A DNA stretch of 64,000 nt from an uncultured Actinomycetes bacterium (GCA_963704725.1 OY969934.1:384001-448000); one strand, 5' to 3'; shown: positions 30,101-39,878, counted from the stretch's first letter. Notes: generated from the sequence alone by a model not told the origin. Program-made: numbers and translations.

Positions 30101-30383
30101 GCACGGCGAGCGCTCGGCGGATGCGCTGCACCAGGTTCTCGGTGGCCTTGTTGGTGAACGTCAGGCAAAGCACGTTTCCGGGGAGCGCGCCGTCCTGCCC
30201 GCCCGTCTCGCGGTGACGCAGCGCGAGCCAGATCACGCGCGCCGCCATCACCGACGTCTTGCCCGAGCCGGCGCCGGCGACGAGGACGCACGGCTCGAGC
30301 GGCCACGAGATGGCCCGCCACTGGTCCTGCGTGGGCTCGGCGCCGAGGAACTCGACGATCTCGCGGGGTGCTCGCTCGGTCAC
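27147..30383 (-). CDS. adnB: AdnB-like UvrD helicase-nuclease subunit
   Basis: AGAGSGKT, LLDEYQD, VGDPDQNIYAWRGA, TIHVAKGLEFD, YVALTRA; C-terminal RIDA...DYKTG nuclease. Confidence 0.82.
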   Translation of the reverse strand: MTERAPREIVEFLGAEPTQDQWRAISWPLEPCVLVAGAGSGKTSVMAARVIWLALRHRETGGQDGALPGNVLCLTFTNKATENLVQRIRRALAVLELEEGEEPEITNYHGFAQQIVDRHGMLEGIEPGQRVLTPAQRVELCSRVLDRMPFEHLSTSWQPSIVANILDLADQAQNHLVEPEEIVEFCRDRLDKLKAHRSDRAYQAATERIELAKAVALFRELKRELGVIDFGDQIGLAARIVRNRPEIGAEHRQRFSAVLLDEYQDTNVAQARLLEDVFGGGHPVTAVGDPDQNIYAWRGASLYNLLEFPRRFPRSDGSPAPKLPLYTNFRSGSRILAAADALISPLPANQRPDPHKRLDPWPDNGDGRVEVVRLRDEVTEAEAICDRIQALHDGGHPWREVAVLCRTSRLFPSLQRAFAERHVPAEIVGLAGLLKTPEVVEVLSYARAVSSPLESVALGRILLGPRYRVGYTDLARVAAWAKGKTYEMRDEDEDLSEEIPFLVAEALEHLDEVVGLSDEGLARLEEFRLELAELREEARRPVPSFLAEVIRRIGLLAELEGSPERDVARSRRRNLAAFLDEVHAFSPLEGELTLPRFLDYVDTVEAGEREEWAPVQPSDADSVKVMTIHVAKGLEFDTVFVPGLAKGLLPNDRIQHNPAERARSLDFELRGDAAILPSYDGNLSAFKDALRRQEVIEERRTCYVALTRARCNLFVSGAHWYGDTQKPRAAGPFLEELTAWGEESGLATVERGPEVDETNPLAGYREAFVRDWPGPARPDESDPLFVDGWRREAARAVELGAVPVSLVEKLAPAERERFTAIATERHTLAAHLVAIEATADDRGFVPSTVSVGGLVDYGRCPKRFYWSTVRPLPRFAGPAARIGTEIHRWIELHSHGQGTLLETEEEPDLTVEELAGRPGRIEELRATFLRSRLAGAVPRFVERSFLLPIEGVVVAGRIDAIFGADEDGPWEIVDYKTGRVPDDDDPLVRTQLDVYALACIDVWRKRPEDLRLTYLYLSNGAERSYAVDDADAVRARVATWIRSIAAGAFEPAPGEPCRWCDFRPFCDAGKAWVEANGD

Positions 30384-33250
30384 GTCGTCGCCTCCTCGGC
30401 GATCGGGAACAGCGGCTGCCCCTCGGGGAACAGCGGGCACAGCGGCTTGAAGTCGCAGAAGTAGCAGTCGGCGGCCGGGTTGGGGCGATAGGCCCCCCGC
30501 TCGTCGAGCTCGCGGATCCGCTCGATCAGCCCCGAGAGCCGCTCGCGGATCCGCGTCTGGTACTCCTCCTCGCCCGCCGGGGAGACGGGCCAGGCCTGCG
30601 TGACGATCTCGCCGGTCTTCCAGTGGCCCCGCAGGAACGACAGGTCGACGGCCCGGACCGGGCGGAACGCCTCGAGCTCGGGGGCGAGCGTGACGCCCAG
30701 GTAGTAGATCCCGAGCTGCAGGCTCTCGGCCGCCTTCGGCGCCTTGTCCGGGTTGCCGGTCTTGAAATCGGTGATCCGGAAGCCGGGCTGGTGCGGCCCG
30801 ATGCGATCGATCTTGCCGCTGATCGTGGCTCCGTCGAACTCGAAGGTGAACCCCGTCTCGGTGCCGACGGCCGGCAGCTCGCCGAACGCCTCGAACCAGT
30901 TGGGCAGGAGGTGGTCGACCGCGAGCCGCTTGAACGCCGCGCTCACGGCCTTGGACGGGAACGGCGCGTCCTGCCACTCGTCCTCCAGAGCGGCGACGAG
31001 CGCGGGGAGGCTCCGACCGATCTCCCCCCGCTCGCAGCGCTCGATCAGCTCGTGGACGAGCTTGCCCACCCACGCCTGGTAGCCGCCTCGCCGGGACAGC
31101 CCGAGCTCCTCGCCGAGGACGAACTGCAGCTCGCAGTTCTCGAGCTTGTCCAGGCGCGAGAACGACAGGCGCAGCGTCTCGTGCAGCGGCCGGCCGGTCG
31201 AGGTCCAGTCGCGCTGGAACCACCACGTGCCGGGCGTCGCCCCGAGCGCCGCGAGTCCCTCGAGCGCCGCGAGCCGCTCCGGCGCCGGCGCCGCCGGGGA
31301 CGCCAGCGCGCGGCGCCACACCGCGGTCGCCTCCGGGACGGAGACGGGCTCGCCCGGCGTGAACGGCATCGGCGACCACGCGATCCCTCGCTCCTGCACG
31401 AAGCGTGAGCGCGCCCCCTCCTCGCCGGCGTGGGGATCGCTCGCCGTGACCACGAGGCGACGACGCGCGCGTCCCAGCACGGATGCGAACAGACGACGCT
31501 CGTCGGCCAGGCGTGCGCGCATCCGCTCGGAGCGGGTGGTCTCACCCTCGAGCACGGCGAGGTCGAACATCGGCTCGGGGCGCGTCAGGCTCGGGAAGTC
31601 CCCCTCGAGGGCGCCGACCACGACGACCGTGTCGAACTCCCGGCCGGTGGCGCCGTGAGCGGTGAGGACCTCGACCGCGTCGGCCCCGGCCTCTCCGAGC
31701 CCGCCGACGCCCGGGCCCCCCTCGCCCGCCTCGAGCAGGTCGACGAACGCCGCCACCGAGGGGTCGGCCGAGCCGCCGCTCCGCTCGACCGCCCGGGCGA
31801 ACGCCAGGACCGCGTCGAGGTCGCGCCGGACGACGTCCGACGTCTCGGCCGCGGCGACGAGCTGCGCCGAGTACGGCAGCTCATTCCACAGCGTCCGGAA
31901 GGCGTCGATGACCGAGGCCGAGGCACGCTCGGCTCGCCGCAGCGTCGCCGCCAGTACGGCGAGCCGCTGCTCGTCGGGCTCCTCCGAGGTCGCGCCGAGG
32001 TCGAGCGCGTCCTGCGGCGCCCGATCCTGCGCGCGCGTGCGCCGGAGCAGGCTCCGGGCGGCCGCGGGGGAGAGCCCACCGAGCTCGGACACCAGCACCG
32101 GCTCCACGAGCACGTCGCGCTCGAGGGGCCGGGCCACCCATCGGAGCGCGAGGGCGTAGGGCACGGTCGCCGGCTCGGCGGAGAGCGCCAGCCCGCTCTC
32201 GGGCACGTGTCGCGGCACGCGGGCGTCGTCGAGCGCGCGCAGGAGCCCGCCGAGGTGCGCGCTCTGCCGCCGGACGACCACGGCCAGGTCGCGCCAGGCC
32301 ACCCCTTCCTCCACGTGGACCCTCCGAAGCTCCCGGGCGACGCCGGCGTGCTCCTCGGAGGTGTGGGGCGCGAACCACGCGCGGATCGACACGTCCTCGC
32401 CGCGATGGTCCGCCGTGAGGTCGACGCGGCGCGCATCCGGGAACCGCTCCTCGAACCGCAGCAGCGGCACCACCGTGGTCCCCTGGAACGAGTAGACGTG
32501 CGCGCCGGGGTTCCCGGCCACCACGAGGCTCGCCGGGCGAAGGGCGGCGAGGAGCCGCTCGGCGCCGAACGTCGCATCCTGATAGTCGTCGACGAGCAGG
32601 TGGTCGAAGAGCGGCTCGCCGCGCTCGGCCGCGACCGCGGCCTGCTCGACGAGACCGGCGAAGTCCACGGCGCCCTCGGCGTCGAGCACCTCGAGGTACC
32701 GGCGGAGGAACCCGGCCAGCTCCCTCCACCCGCCGAGCCCGCGCCGCTCGCCCCACTCCTCGATGTCCTCCGGGCGCACGAGCGACTCCTGCGCGCGCAG
32801 GACGAGCTGGCGGATCTCGTCGGCGAAGCCTCGGAGCCGCAGGAGCCCGCCGTACGCGGGCCACCTCTGGGGGTCCTCGCCCGCGAGCAGCTCTTGGACC
32901 TTGGCGAACTGCTCGGCCGCCGCGAGGATCGTGGGCGGCGCCTCGTAGCGCAGCTCGTGGTACCGAGCGCTCACCACCTGGTAGGCGAGGCCCTGGACGG
33001 TCGAGACGCGCAGGCTCGGCACGGAGCTCCGCAGTCGCGCGAGCAGCTCGCGCCGGGCCTCGTCCCTCGCCCGACGGGAGCCGACGACGAGCGCGACGCG
33101 ATCGGGGTCGGCGCCGCCGGCCAGGAGGGCGAGGAACCGCTCCCGCAGGGCCGTCGTCTTGCCGGTGCCGAACCCGCCGCCGACGAGCAGCGGTCCGGCC
33201 TCGTGGTCGAGGACGAGTCGTTGGCGGGGATCGGGTTCGAACGGGGCCAT
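30380..33250 (-). CDS. adnA: AdnA-like helicase-nuclease subunit
   Basis: Degenerate helicase motifs (GFGTGKT, VDDYQD); PD-(D/E)XK KIDRI...DFKTG; overlaps the adnB start. Confidence 0.8.
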   Translation of the reverse strand: MAPFEPDPRQRLVLDHEAGPLLVGGGFGTGKTTALRERFLALLAGGADPDRVALVVGSRRARDEARRELLARLRSSVPSLRVSTVQGLAYQVVSARYHELRYEAPPTILAAAEQFAKVQELLAGEDPQRWPAYGGLLRLRGFADEIRQLVLRAQESLVRPEDIEEWGERRGLGGWRELAGFLRRYLEVLDAEGAVDFAGLVEQAAVAAERGEPLFDHLLVDDYQDATFGAERLLAALRPASLVVAGNPGAHVYSFQGTTVVPLLRFEERFPDARRVDLTADHRGEDVSIRAWFAPHTSEEHAGVARELRRVHVEEGVAWRDLAVVVRRQSAHLGGLLRALDDARVPRHVPESGLALSAEPATVPYALALRWVARPLERDVLVEPVLVSELGGLSPAAARSLLRRTRAQDRAPQDALDLGATSEEPDEQRLAVLAATLRRAERASASVIDAFRTLWNELPYSAQLVAAAETSDVVRRDLDAVLAFARAVERSGGSADPSVAAFVDLLEAGEGGPGVGGLGEAGADAVEVLTAHGATGREFDTVVVVGALEGDFPSLTRPEPMFDLAVLEGETTRSERMRARLADERRLFASVLGRARRRLVVTASDPHAGEEGARSRFVQERGIAWSPMPFTPGEPVSVPEATAVWRRALASPAAPAPERLAALEGLAALGATPGTWWFQRDWTSTGRPLHETLRLSFSRLDKLENCELQFVLGEELGLSRRGGYQAWVGKLVHELIERCERGEIGRSLPALVAALEDEWQDAPFPSKAVSAAFKRLAVDHLLPNWFEAFGELPAVGTETGFTFEFDGATISGKIDRIGPHQPGFRITDFKTGNPDKAPKAAESLQLGIYYLGVTLAPELEAFRPVRAVDLSFLRGHWKTGEIVTQAWPVSPAGEEEYQTRIRERLSGLIERIRELDERGAYRPNPAADCYFCDFKPLCPLFPEGQPLFPIAEEATT

Positions 33251-33293
33251 GCGTCGCGATGCTACCCCCGGGGGCCGACAGGTTCGGCTCGAG

Positions 33294-34418
33294 CTACCTG
33301 GCGCGCGACGTGGCCCAGCGGCGAACGCCGCCGCCGGTGATCGCGCCGACGAGGTGGCCCTCGCGAAGGACGAGCGCGGCCCGCCCCGTTCCGAGCCGGG
33401 CCGAGACCTCCTCGAGGGTCTCCTCGGGATGGGCCACGAGCACGTGCTCGAGCGGGATCAGGGCATCGCGCGCCGGCCGGAGCGGATCGCGCCCCCCCAG
33501 GTCCCTGGACGAGTTGAACGAGATCATCCCGACCACCGTCCCGTCGCCCTCGACGACGGGGAAGGCCTCGGCTTCGTGGCCGCGCAGGAAGCGGTCGAGC
33601 GTCTCGGAGAGCGTGAGGTCGGCCGGGACGGCTGCGGGAGGTGGGTCCATGACGTCGGCCACGGTCGCGCCGGCGAGCCGCGCTGCGACGCCGATCTGCT
33701 GCTCGGACGCTCGCGCGCCCTGGAAGATGAAGAGCCCGATGATGCCGAACCAGAGCGCGTCGTTGAGACGGTCGTACGCCATCGCCAGGACGGCGCCGGC
33801 GAGCAGGAGCACGCCGACGCCCATGCCGGTCCAGGCGGCGATCCTCGTTCCCCGGACGCGGTTCCCGGTGACCCGCCACACGGCCGCTTGGAGCATCCGG
33901 CCCCCGTCCAGGGGCAGCCCCGGCAGGACGTTGAACACACCCATGACCGCGTTGAGGAGTCCCACGTACCGGAGCAGCGCCGACGCCGGATGGTCCCACC
34001 CACCCGTGAGCGAGGAGATCACCCACAGGACCCCGCCGAGAACCAGGCTCGTGCCGGGTCCGAGGGCCGCGATGGCGAACGCCGGGCCCGGTCCCTTCTC
34101 CTCCGAGCGCGCGGCCGTGAAGCCGCCGAAGAACACGAGCGTGATGCCGTCGACGTGGATGTTGGAGAGCCGGGCGGTGACCGCATGCGCCAGCTCGTGC
34201 AGAAGGACCGAGCCGAAGAACAGCACCGCGCCGAACACCGCGTACAGGAGGGCCTGGGTGCCGTCGAGTGCCGGGAACGCATCCTCCAGCCGCCCCGTTC
34301 CGAAGTACAGGGCGATCACCGCGATCCAGATCCAGGACACGTCGACGTTGACCGGGATCCCGCGGATCGTGAAGATGCGGAAACCGCGCCCGAACACGTC
34401 CCGAGCGTACCCCAGCAC
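33294..34418 (-). CDS. Site-2 protease (M50) with CBS domains
   Basis: HELAH, FNVLPGLPLDGG, CBS pair. Confidence 0.9.
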   Translation of the reverse strand: MLGYARDVFGRGFRIFTIRGIPVNVDVSWIWIAVIALYFGTGRLEDAFPALDGTQALLYAVFGAVLFFGSVLLHELAHAVTARLSNIHVDGITLVFFGGFTAARSEEKGPGPAFAIAALGPGTSLVLGGVLWVISSLTGGWDHPASALLRYVGLLNAVMGVFNVLPGLPLDGGRMLQAAVWRVTGNRVRGTRIAAWTGMGVGVLLLAGAVLAMAYDRLNDALWFGIIGLFIFQGARASEQQIGVAARLAGATVADVMDPPPAAVPADLTLSETLDRFLRGHEAEAFPVVEGDGTVVGMISFNSSRDLGGRDPLRPARDALIPLEHVLVAHPEETLEEVSARLGTGRAALVLREGHLVGAITGGGVRRWATSRAR

Positions 34419-34483
34419 GCTGTGAAGGCCGTCTCGTGCGGGGCCGTGGATCGAACGCGCACCCGGTCTGCGACAGTGGGTGG

Positions 34484-35998
34484 GTGCAGGAGCGGCACGT
34501 TCGCCGGTCCCGGCGCGTCGGCATCGCGCTCGGGGTCTTCGTCGTCGGGCTGGCCGGCGCGTGGCTCGGCATGTCCCTGCTCGCCCCCGCCGTCGTCACC
34601 ATGGGGCCGTTCCACGTCGAGCTCGGCGCGCAGTTCGGCAAGGGCGAGACGCGGGTGGGGCTCCCGCCGTTCGGCTCGCTGAGCGCCGACACGCACCTCG
34701 CGCCGCTCACGGTCACGGCCACGCTCGAGGACGTCGGCGTCCAGCGGCTGACGGACGTGGTGCAGGCTCGAGGCGTCGACGGCCTCGTGTCCGACGTCGA
34801 GCGGGACGCGAGGGGCTCGATCGTCGGGGCGGCGTGGCGGGCGCTGCTCTCGGCCGGGATCGGGGGCGCCGTCCTCGGCGTGCTCGTCTACCGGAGCCGG
34901 TGGCGCCTGGTCGCCGGCGGCGCCGGGACCTCCGTCCTGTGCGTCCTGCTCTCCGAGTCGCTCCTGCTCGCGACGTTCCAGGTCTCCGCGTTCGCCCAAC
35001 CGACGTACTCAGGGTCGCTCGGGCTCGCCCCCGACCTGATCGGGCCGGTCCGCCGGACGACGGGACAGTTCAACGACCTGAAGGCCGGCCTGGAGCAGGT
35101 GGTCGACGGAGCGGTCGAGGCGTACACGACGCTGCGGACGACGACGCCGTTCGCGGACGACGCGATCCGCGTGCTGCACATCTCGGACATGCACGCGTCG
35201 CCGCTGGGGATGGACTTCGCCCGCGAGGTGGCGCGGGGCTTCGACGTCGACCTGGTGATCGACACCGGTGACCTCACCTCGTTCGCGACGCCCGTGGAGA
35301 ACCTGATCGTCTCGAGGATCCCGTCGTTCGGGCGTCCCTACGTGTTCGTGCGTGGGAATCACGACTCGATCACCCTGCAGGCCGAGGTGGCGCACGTGCC
35401 GAACGCGATCGTCCTCGACGGTCACGCCAGGACGGTGGCCGGCCTTCGGATCTTCGGCCTGGGCGACCCGGCGTTCACCCCGGCGCGCGGGGTCCCGGTC
35501 GACGACGAGGCGTTCAACGCGATCGTCCAGGGCGCCGACCCCGTCGTCGCCGAAGACGTCGACGCCCTCGAGGACCCCCCCGACGTCGTCGCCGTCCACG
35601 ACGACCGGATGGCCGAGTCCGTCGCGGGCCGGGTTCCACTGGTGATCTCCGGGCACTTCCACGCCACCAACTCCCGCGTCGAGAACGGCACCCTGTTCCT
35701 GCGGATCGGCACGACGGGAGGCTCGGGCGCGGGCATCTTCCGGGGGTTCGACATCCCGTTCTCGGCGGAGGTCCTCTACTTCTCCCGGGAGGAGCAGCCG
35801 AAGCTGCTCGCCTACGACGTGATCGAGCAGCAACCCGACTCGGGGAGCCTCACCGTGACCCGCGTGAACGTCCAGGACACGTTCGGCGAGCTGGTCCTCA
35901 CGCCGACGCCCTCGATCACAACGTCGGAAGTGACCGGATCGATCTCGGCGACTCCGAGCACGGGAACCCCCTCCCCGTCCCCCACGTCGTCCCCGTGA
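34484..35998 (+). CDS. Membrane-anchored metallophosphoesterase
   Basis: ISDMH, DTGD, GNHD, SGHFH; N-terminal transmembrane segments; S/T/P-rich tail. Confidence 0.85.
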   Translation: MQERHVRRSRRVGIALGVFVVGLAGAWLGMSLLAPAVVTMGPFHVELGAQFGKGETRVGLPPFGSLSADTHLAPLTVTATLEDVGVQRLTDVVQARGVDGLVSDVERDARGSIVGAAWRALLSAGIGGAVLGVLVYRSRWRLVAGGAGTSVLCVLLSESLLLATFQVSAFAQPTYSGSLGLAPDLIGPVRRTTGQFNDLKAGLEQVVDGAVEAYTTLRTTTPFADDAIRVLHISDMHASPLGMDFAREVARGFDVDLVIDTGDLTSFATPVENLIVSRIPSFGRPYVFVRGNHDSITLQAEVAHVPNAIVLDGHARTVAGLRIFGLGDPAFTPARGVPVDDEAFNAIVQGADPVVAEDVDALEDPPDVVAVHDDRMAESVAGRVPLVISGHFHATNSRVENGTLFLRIGTTGGSGAGIFRGFDIPFSAEVLYFSREEQPKLLAYDVIEQQPDSGSLTVTRVNVQDTFGELVLTPTPSITTSEVTGSISATPSTGTPSPSPTSSP

Positions 35999-36152
35999 CC
36001 GACTCGACGAACCGTCGCCCCGCCGGTCCCTCGGCGACCCGCTGCTAAGGTGGGCCGGGCTCCCGGGACCGACGCCCGGTTCCGGTGGACGGGCGTCCGG
36101 CCCGGCCTACCCTCCCTTCCACGCGGGCGTGCCCGCGGGGCCGGGCCGGACC

Positions 36153-37058
36153 CTACTCCTCGAGTCCGAGCAGGGCGCCGAGGTCCCGGGCGTTGTTCAC
36201 GGCGAAGTCCCGGTAGCAGTTGTTCATCAGGACGTGGGTCTCGCGCACCTGGTGGGCGAGCCCCTCGATCCTCGGGACCCACTCCTTCAGCTCCTTCGCC
36301 GAGTACTCGTAGCGGAAGCGCTCGGACGCACCGACGTTCTTCTTGGCCCACACGTCGCGGTCGCGTCCGTGGAAGCGCACCACCGCGAGGTCCTTCGCGG
36401 TCGCCGCGGCCACCGGGGGGATCGAGGAGTCGAAGCCCTGGGGCATGTCGACGCAGACGAACGGCAGGTCGTGCTCCTCGAGGAACGAGAGCGTCTCCTC
36501 GGCGTTGCGCTCCTGCATCCACGTCTTGTGGCGGAACTCGACGACCACGCGGAAGTCCCTCAGGCGGTCGGCGCACTCGAGGATGTAGTCCCTGTTCTTG
36601 CGTCCGATCACGAACCATTGCGGGAACTGGAACAGGACGGCCCCCAGCTTGCCGGCCGAGTGCAGCGGCATCAGCGCGTCGTGGAAGCGCTGCCAGACCT
36701 CGTCGACGAGCGACTCGGGAAGCTGCTCGCGGTAGAGGTTCTTCTTGTCTTCGAGGTCCTTGGGGATGTCGGCCTGGAGGTCCTTGTAGACCGATTCGCG
36801 CTTCGTCGGGTGATTGGTCAGCAACGAGTACGCCTTGATGTTGAACGTGAAGTCCTTCGGTGTGCGCTCGATCCACAGGACCGAGTTCTTCTCGCTCGGC
36901 GGGAAGTAGTAGGTGGAGTCGACCTCGACGATGGGGAACTGCTCGGCGTAGTAGCGCAGGCGAGCCTCGGCCGACGTGGTCCCGGCAGGGTAGAAGTGGC
37001 CCTCCTTGACGAGCGTCGGATCGGTCCAGCTCGCCGTACCGATCAGGATCCGGGGCAC
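36153..37058 (-). CDS. DUF72 domain protein
   Basis: IGTASW, VEVDSTYY, LFQFP, VEFRH, RFHGR, NNC. Confidence 0.9.
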   Translation of the reverse strand: MPRILIGTASWTDPTLVKEGHFYPAGTTSAEARLRYYAEQFPIVEVDSTYYFPPSEKNSVLWIERTPKDFTFNIKAYSLLTNHPTKRESVYKDLQADIPKDLEDKKNLYREQLPESLVDEVWQRFHDALMPLHSAGKLGAVLFQFPQWFVIGRKNRDYILECADRLRDFRVVVEFRHKTWMQERNAEETLSFLEEHDLPFVCVDMPQGFDSSIPPVAAATAKDLAVVRFHGRDRDVWAKKNVGASERFRYEYSAKELKEWVPRIEGLAHQVRETHVLMNNCYRDFAVNNARDLGALLGLEE

Positions 37059-37067
37059 CCTCGCAGC

Positions 37068-37361
37068 CTAGCGGCCTCCGCCGGCGTCCGGCCGGGGCCG
37101 CCTCAGTGCCCGGTCCTTGGCCCGCGACGCCGATCGGCGCGCGTAGTTCAGCGCTCGCTGAGCCCAGACGTACTCCGTCGCGAGCGTCGCCAGCCCGGCG
37201 AAGACCAGCAGGAGCCCGGGACCCGGAAGCACGAGCAGCGCCGCGCCGGCGACGACGAGCACGAACCCGACGACCGTGATCGCGATGCGGCGACCGTTCC
37301 GACCGAGGAACCGCGCGATCGCGCCGAGGGGGAACCAGATCCAGCGGGAGACGTTCGCCAT
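37068..37361 (-). CDS. PGPGW-domain small membrane protein
   Basis: LPGPG....GL..LATEYVWA. Confidence 0.85.
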   Translation of the reverse strand: MANVSRWIWFPLGAIARFLGRNGRRIAITVVGFVLVVAGAALLVLPGPGLLLVFAGLATLATEYVWAQRALNYARRSASRAKDRALRRPRPDAGGGR

Positions 37362-37430
37362 CCTCGGCCCATCGTACGCAAGGAAGCCGCGCGTCGGGCG
37401 CGCGGCTTCCGCGAGGCGAGGGGCGGTGGG

Positions 37431-37883
37431 CTACGCGGCGATCAGGTCGTCGTCGCCGCCTCCCGAGCCCGAGTGGTCCTCGTTGCCGTCATCTGGGCCG
37501 GACTGGTCGTCGCTCTGGTCGTCGCCCTGGTCGTCGTCCATGTTCCCGGGCCCCTCGTTCTCGCTCGGCCCGGAGCTGTCGTCGCCGATCTCGTCGGCGT
37601 CGTCGTCGCCGGGACCGGAGTTGTCGTCCATGCCGGCCATGGAGCCGCCCTGGCAGGCGGGGTCGTTCGCGTGCTCGGCCTCGTCGCAGTTCCCCCGGAC
37701 CTCCTGGACTGCGTCGTGACGCGCCGGGGCCCCGGGCGACATCGTCCTCGAGTCCACCCCGGCCGAAGGCGTCCTCGGTGAGCGCGACGGATCGCCGGTT
37801 CCCGCGGCGAACGCGCTCACACCCAGCGCGGCCACCACGATCAGCGCGCCGATGATCGCGCCGATACGGATCGTGTTCTTCAT
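37431..37883 (-). CDS. Secreted or membrane-anchored low-complexity acidic protein
   Basis: Signal peptide, CDEAEHANDPAC motif, D/G/S-rich tail; GGAGG SD. Confidence 0.7.
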   Translation of the reverse strand: MKNTIRIGAIIGALIVVAALGVSAFAAGTGDPSRSPRTPSAGVDSRTMSPGAPARHDAVQEVRGNCDEAEHANDPACQGGSMAGMDDNSGPGDDDADEIGDDSSGPSENEGPGNMDDDQGDDQSDDQSGPDDGNEDHSGSGGGDDDLIAA

Positions 37884-37979
37884 GCTGCACCTCCCACGTC
37901 GGTTCCCGCATCCCAAGGTAGGGAGGCGGCGGTTACGGACGGTGCAGACGTGAGCTAAGGACGGGCAAAGACCCGGCGG

Positions 37980-38432
37980 TCAGTCGTCGTCGCCGCCGCT
38001 GGAGCCGTCGTCCGAGCCGGAGCCACCCGAGTCATCGGACCCCGACCCCGAGTGATCCTCGGAGTCACCGGTGCCCGATCCCGAATCCGACCCGGAGTCG
38101 ACGCTCGTGCCCGAGCTGGAGTTGTCGCCCGATCCATCGCCGGAGCCCGATCCCGAGTCGGGAGAGCTCGTGCCCGAGTGGTCGTCGGATCCGGAGCCCG
38201 ACCCGCCGTGATCGTCGGGTGAGGGCGAGGCCTCGTGGGTGCGTCGAGGCCGCGGCGACTCCGATGCGTGCTCGGGGCTGTGCGACGGTTCCTGAGAGAC
38301 GTGCGGGATCGAGGGCGAGGCGGGCTCGCCGATGTCCTGCCCTGCCAGCGCGAATGCCCCTGCCGTGAGCGCGAGGGCGATCACGAGACCGACCACTCCC
38401 CACATGACCGCGCCGAGGATGCGCTTCGACAT
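37980..38432 (-). CDS. Secreted or membrane-anchored S/G/D-rich protein
   Basis: N-terminal hydrophobic helix; DDHGGSGSGSDD-type tail. Confidence 0.7.
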   Translation of the reverse strand: MSKRILGAVMWGVVGLVIALALTAGAFALAGQDIGEPASPSIPHVSQEPSHSPEHASESPRPRRTHEASPSPDDHGGSGSGSDDHSGTSSPDSGSGSGDGSGDNSSSGTSVDSGSDSGSGTGDSEDHSGSGSDDSGGSGSDDGSSGGDDD

Positions 38433-38474
38433 GGCACCACGGTAGCGAGGGGCAGGGTAAGAGCTGGTAAAGCG

Positions 38475-39869
38475 TCAACCGGCAGACCGCAGGCGGACCT
38501 CGACCCTCGTGCCCTGGCCGACGGCGCTGGTCACGGCGAGCGAACCGCCCCACTTCTCGGCGAGGTCGCGCGCGATCGCCAGGCCGAGGCCGGACCCGCC
38601 GCTCGGCGCCGCCCGGCCACGGTAGAAGCGCTCGGTCACACGCGCGAGCTCCTCGTGAGGGATCCCGGGCCCGTGGTCCTGCACGGCGACGAACGCGTGG
38701 CCGTCGAGCAGGCCCGACTCCACCGTGATCTCCCCCGGCGCGTACGCGATCGCGTTGTCGAGGAGGTTGTCGAGGATCTGGTCGAGGTCCGAGGGGTTGC
38801 CCTGCGCGGTGACCGCCTGCCCGTTCGAGCGCAGGGTCGTCTCGAGTCGATTCGCGCGTTCCTCCCACCGGGCGAGGGCCCGCGCCACGGCGTCGGCCAG
38901 GTCGACATGCGTGGGCTCGCCCTCCTCGATCTCGCGCGACATGTCGAGGAGCCGGTCGACGATCTCGGACAGCCGGTCGACCTCCCGCTCCGCCGCCTCG
39001 AGGTGCCGGCGGACGTCCTCGTCGGTCGCCTCCGCCGTCGCCGACTCGAGCCGGAGCTTCATCCCCGTCAGCGGCGTCCGGAGCTGGTGCGACGCGTTCG
39101 CCACGAACTCGCGCTGCGCCCGCACGGTGCGCTCCAGGCGGTCGGCCATCTCGTCGAACGAGCGTCCGAGCACCTCGATCTCGCGCGCGCCTCGGACGTC
39201 TTCCGCGCGAGCGGACAGATCGCCCTCGCCGAGGCGCCTCGCGGCTCCCGCGAGCCGTGTGAGGGGCCGGGAGAGCGAGCCGGCCAGGCCGAAGGCGATC
39301 AGGAGCCCGGCGAGCAGGCCCGCCAAGCCGATCGCGGCCAGGCCCAACGTCGTTCGCCGAACGCTGTCGGCGACCTGTTGGGCGCTTTCCGTCAGGCGGA
39401 CCGCGCCGATGATCGCGCCGCCCTCGTCGAAGACGGGCACGGCCGTCGCCAGGAGATCGTAGCCGAGCTCATCGCTGTGCCGAACCTCCGAGTAGGTGTC
39501 GCCGGCGAGGGCCGTCACGATCTCGGGCCGCTGGTCGTTCGCGTAGTTCTGACCCAGGCTCGCCGGCCCTTCCGAGTCGGCGAGCAGGATCCCGTTGCCG
39601 TCGACGAGGATGACCCGGGTCCCCTCGGTCTCCGACGCGACCTCCCGGACGACGCGCTGGAGGTTGCGCGCCTCGGCGTTCGGCGCATCGGTGTCGAGTC
39701 CCTGGGGAGCGATCGCCGCCGCGACCGCCTCCGCCTGCACGAGCGCTTCGCTCTTGAGCTCCGCCGTGGCACGGCGTTGGAGCTGGATCGTGAGGGGCAC
39801 GCCGAGCGCGACGATCACGACGATGAGGATGTAGGCGAACGCGATGACGAGGCGGGTGCGGACCTTCGT
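38475..39869 (-). CDS. HAMP-domain sensor histidine kinase (HisKA); ACG at the expected start
   Basis: ASHQLRTPL, NLLDNA, DHGPG, GSGLGL; AGGAGG SD precedes ACG-AAG-GTC-CGC (xKVRTRL). Confidence 0.88.
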   Translation of the reverse strand, partial: TKVRTRLVIAFAYILIVVIVALGVPLTIQLQRRATAELKSEALVQAEAVAAAIAPQGLDTDAPNAEARNLQRVVREVASETEGTRVILVDGNGILLADSEGPASLGQNYANDQRPEIVTALAGDTYSEVRHSDELGYDLLATAVPVFDEGGAIIGAVRLTESAQQVADSVRRTTLGLAAIGLAGLLAGLLIAFGLAGSLSRPLTRLAGAARRLGEGDLSARAEDVRGAREIEVLGRSFDEMADRLERTVRAQREFVANASHQLRTPLTGMKLRLESATAEATDEDVRRHLEAAEREVDRLSEIVDRLLDMSREIEEGEPTHVDLADAVARALARWEERANRLETTLRSNGQAVTAQGNPSDLDQILDNLLDNAIAYAPGEITVESGLLDGHAFVAVQDHGPGIPHEELARVTERFYRGRAAPSGGSGLGLAIARDLAEKWGGSLAVTSAVGQGTRVEVRLRSAG

Positions 39870-39878
39870 GAGAGCCTC

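Noticed and set aside
37431-38230. Repetitive sequence as a CRISPR array or tandem DNA repeat
   Set aside because: It is low-complexity coding sequence with no constant repeat-spacer structure and no cas genes.
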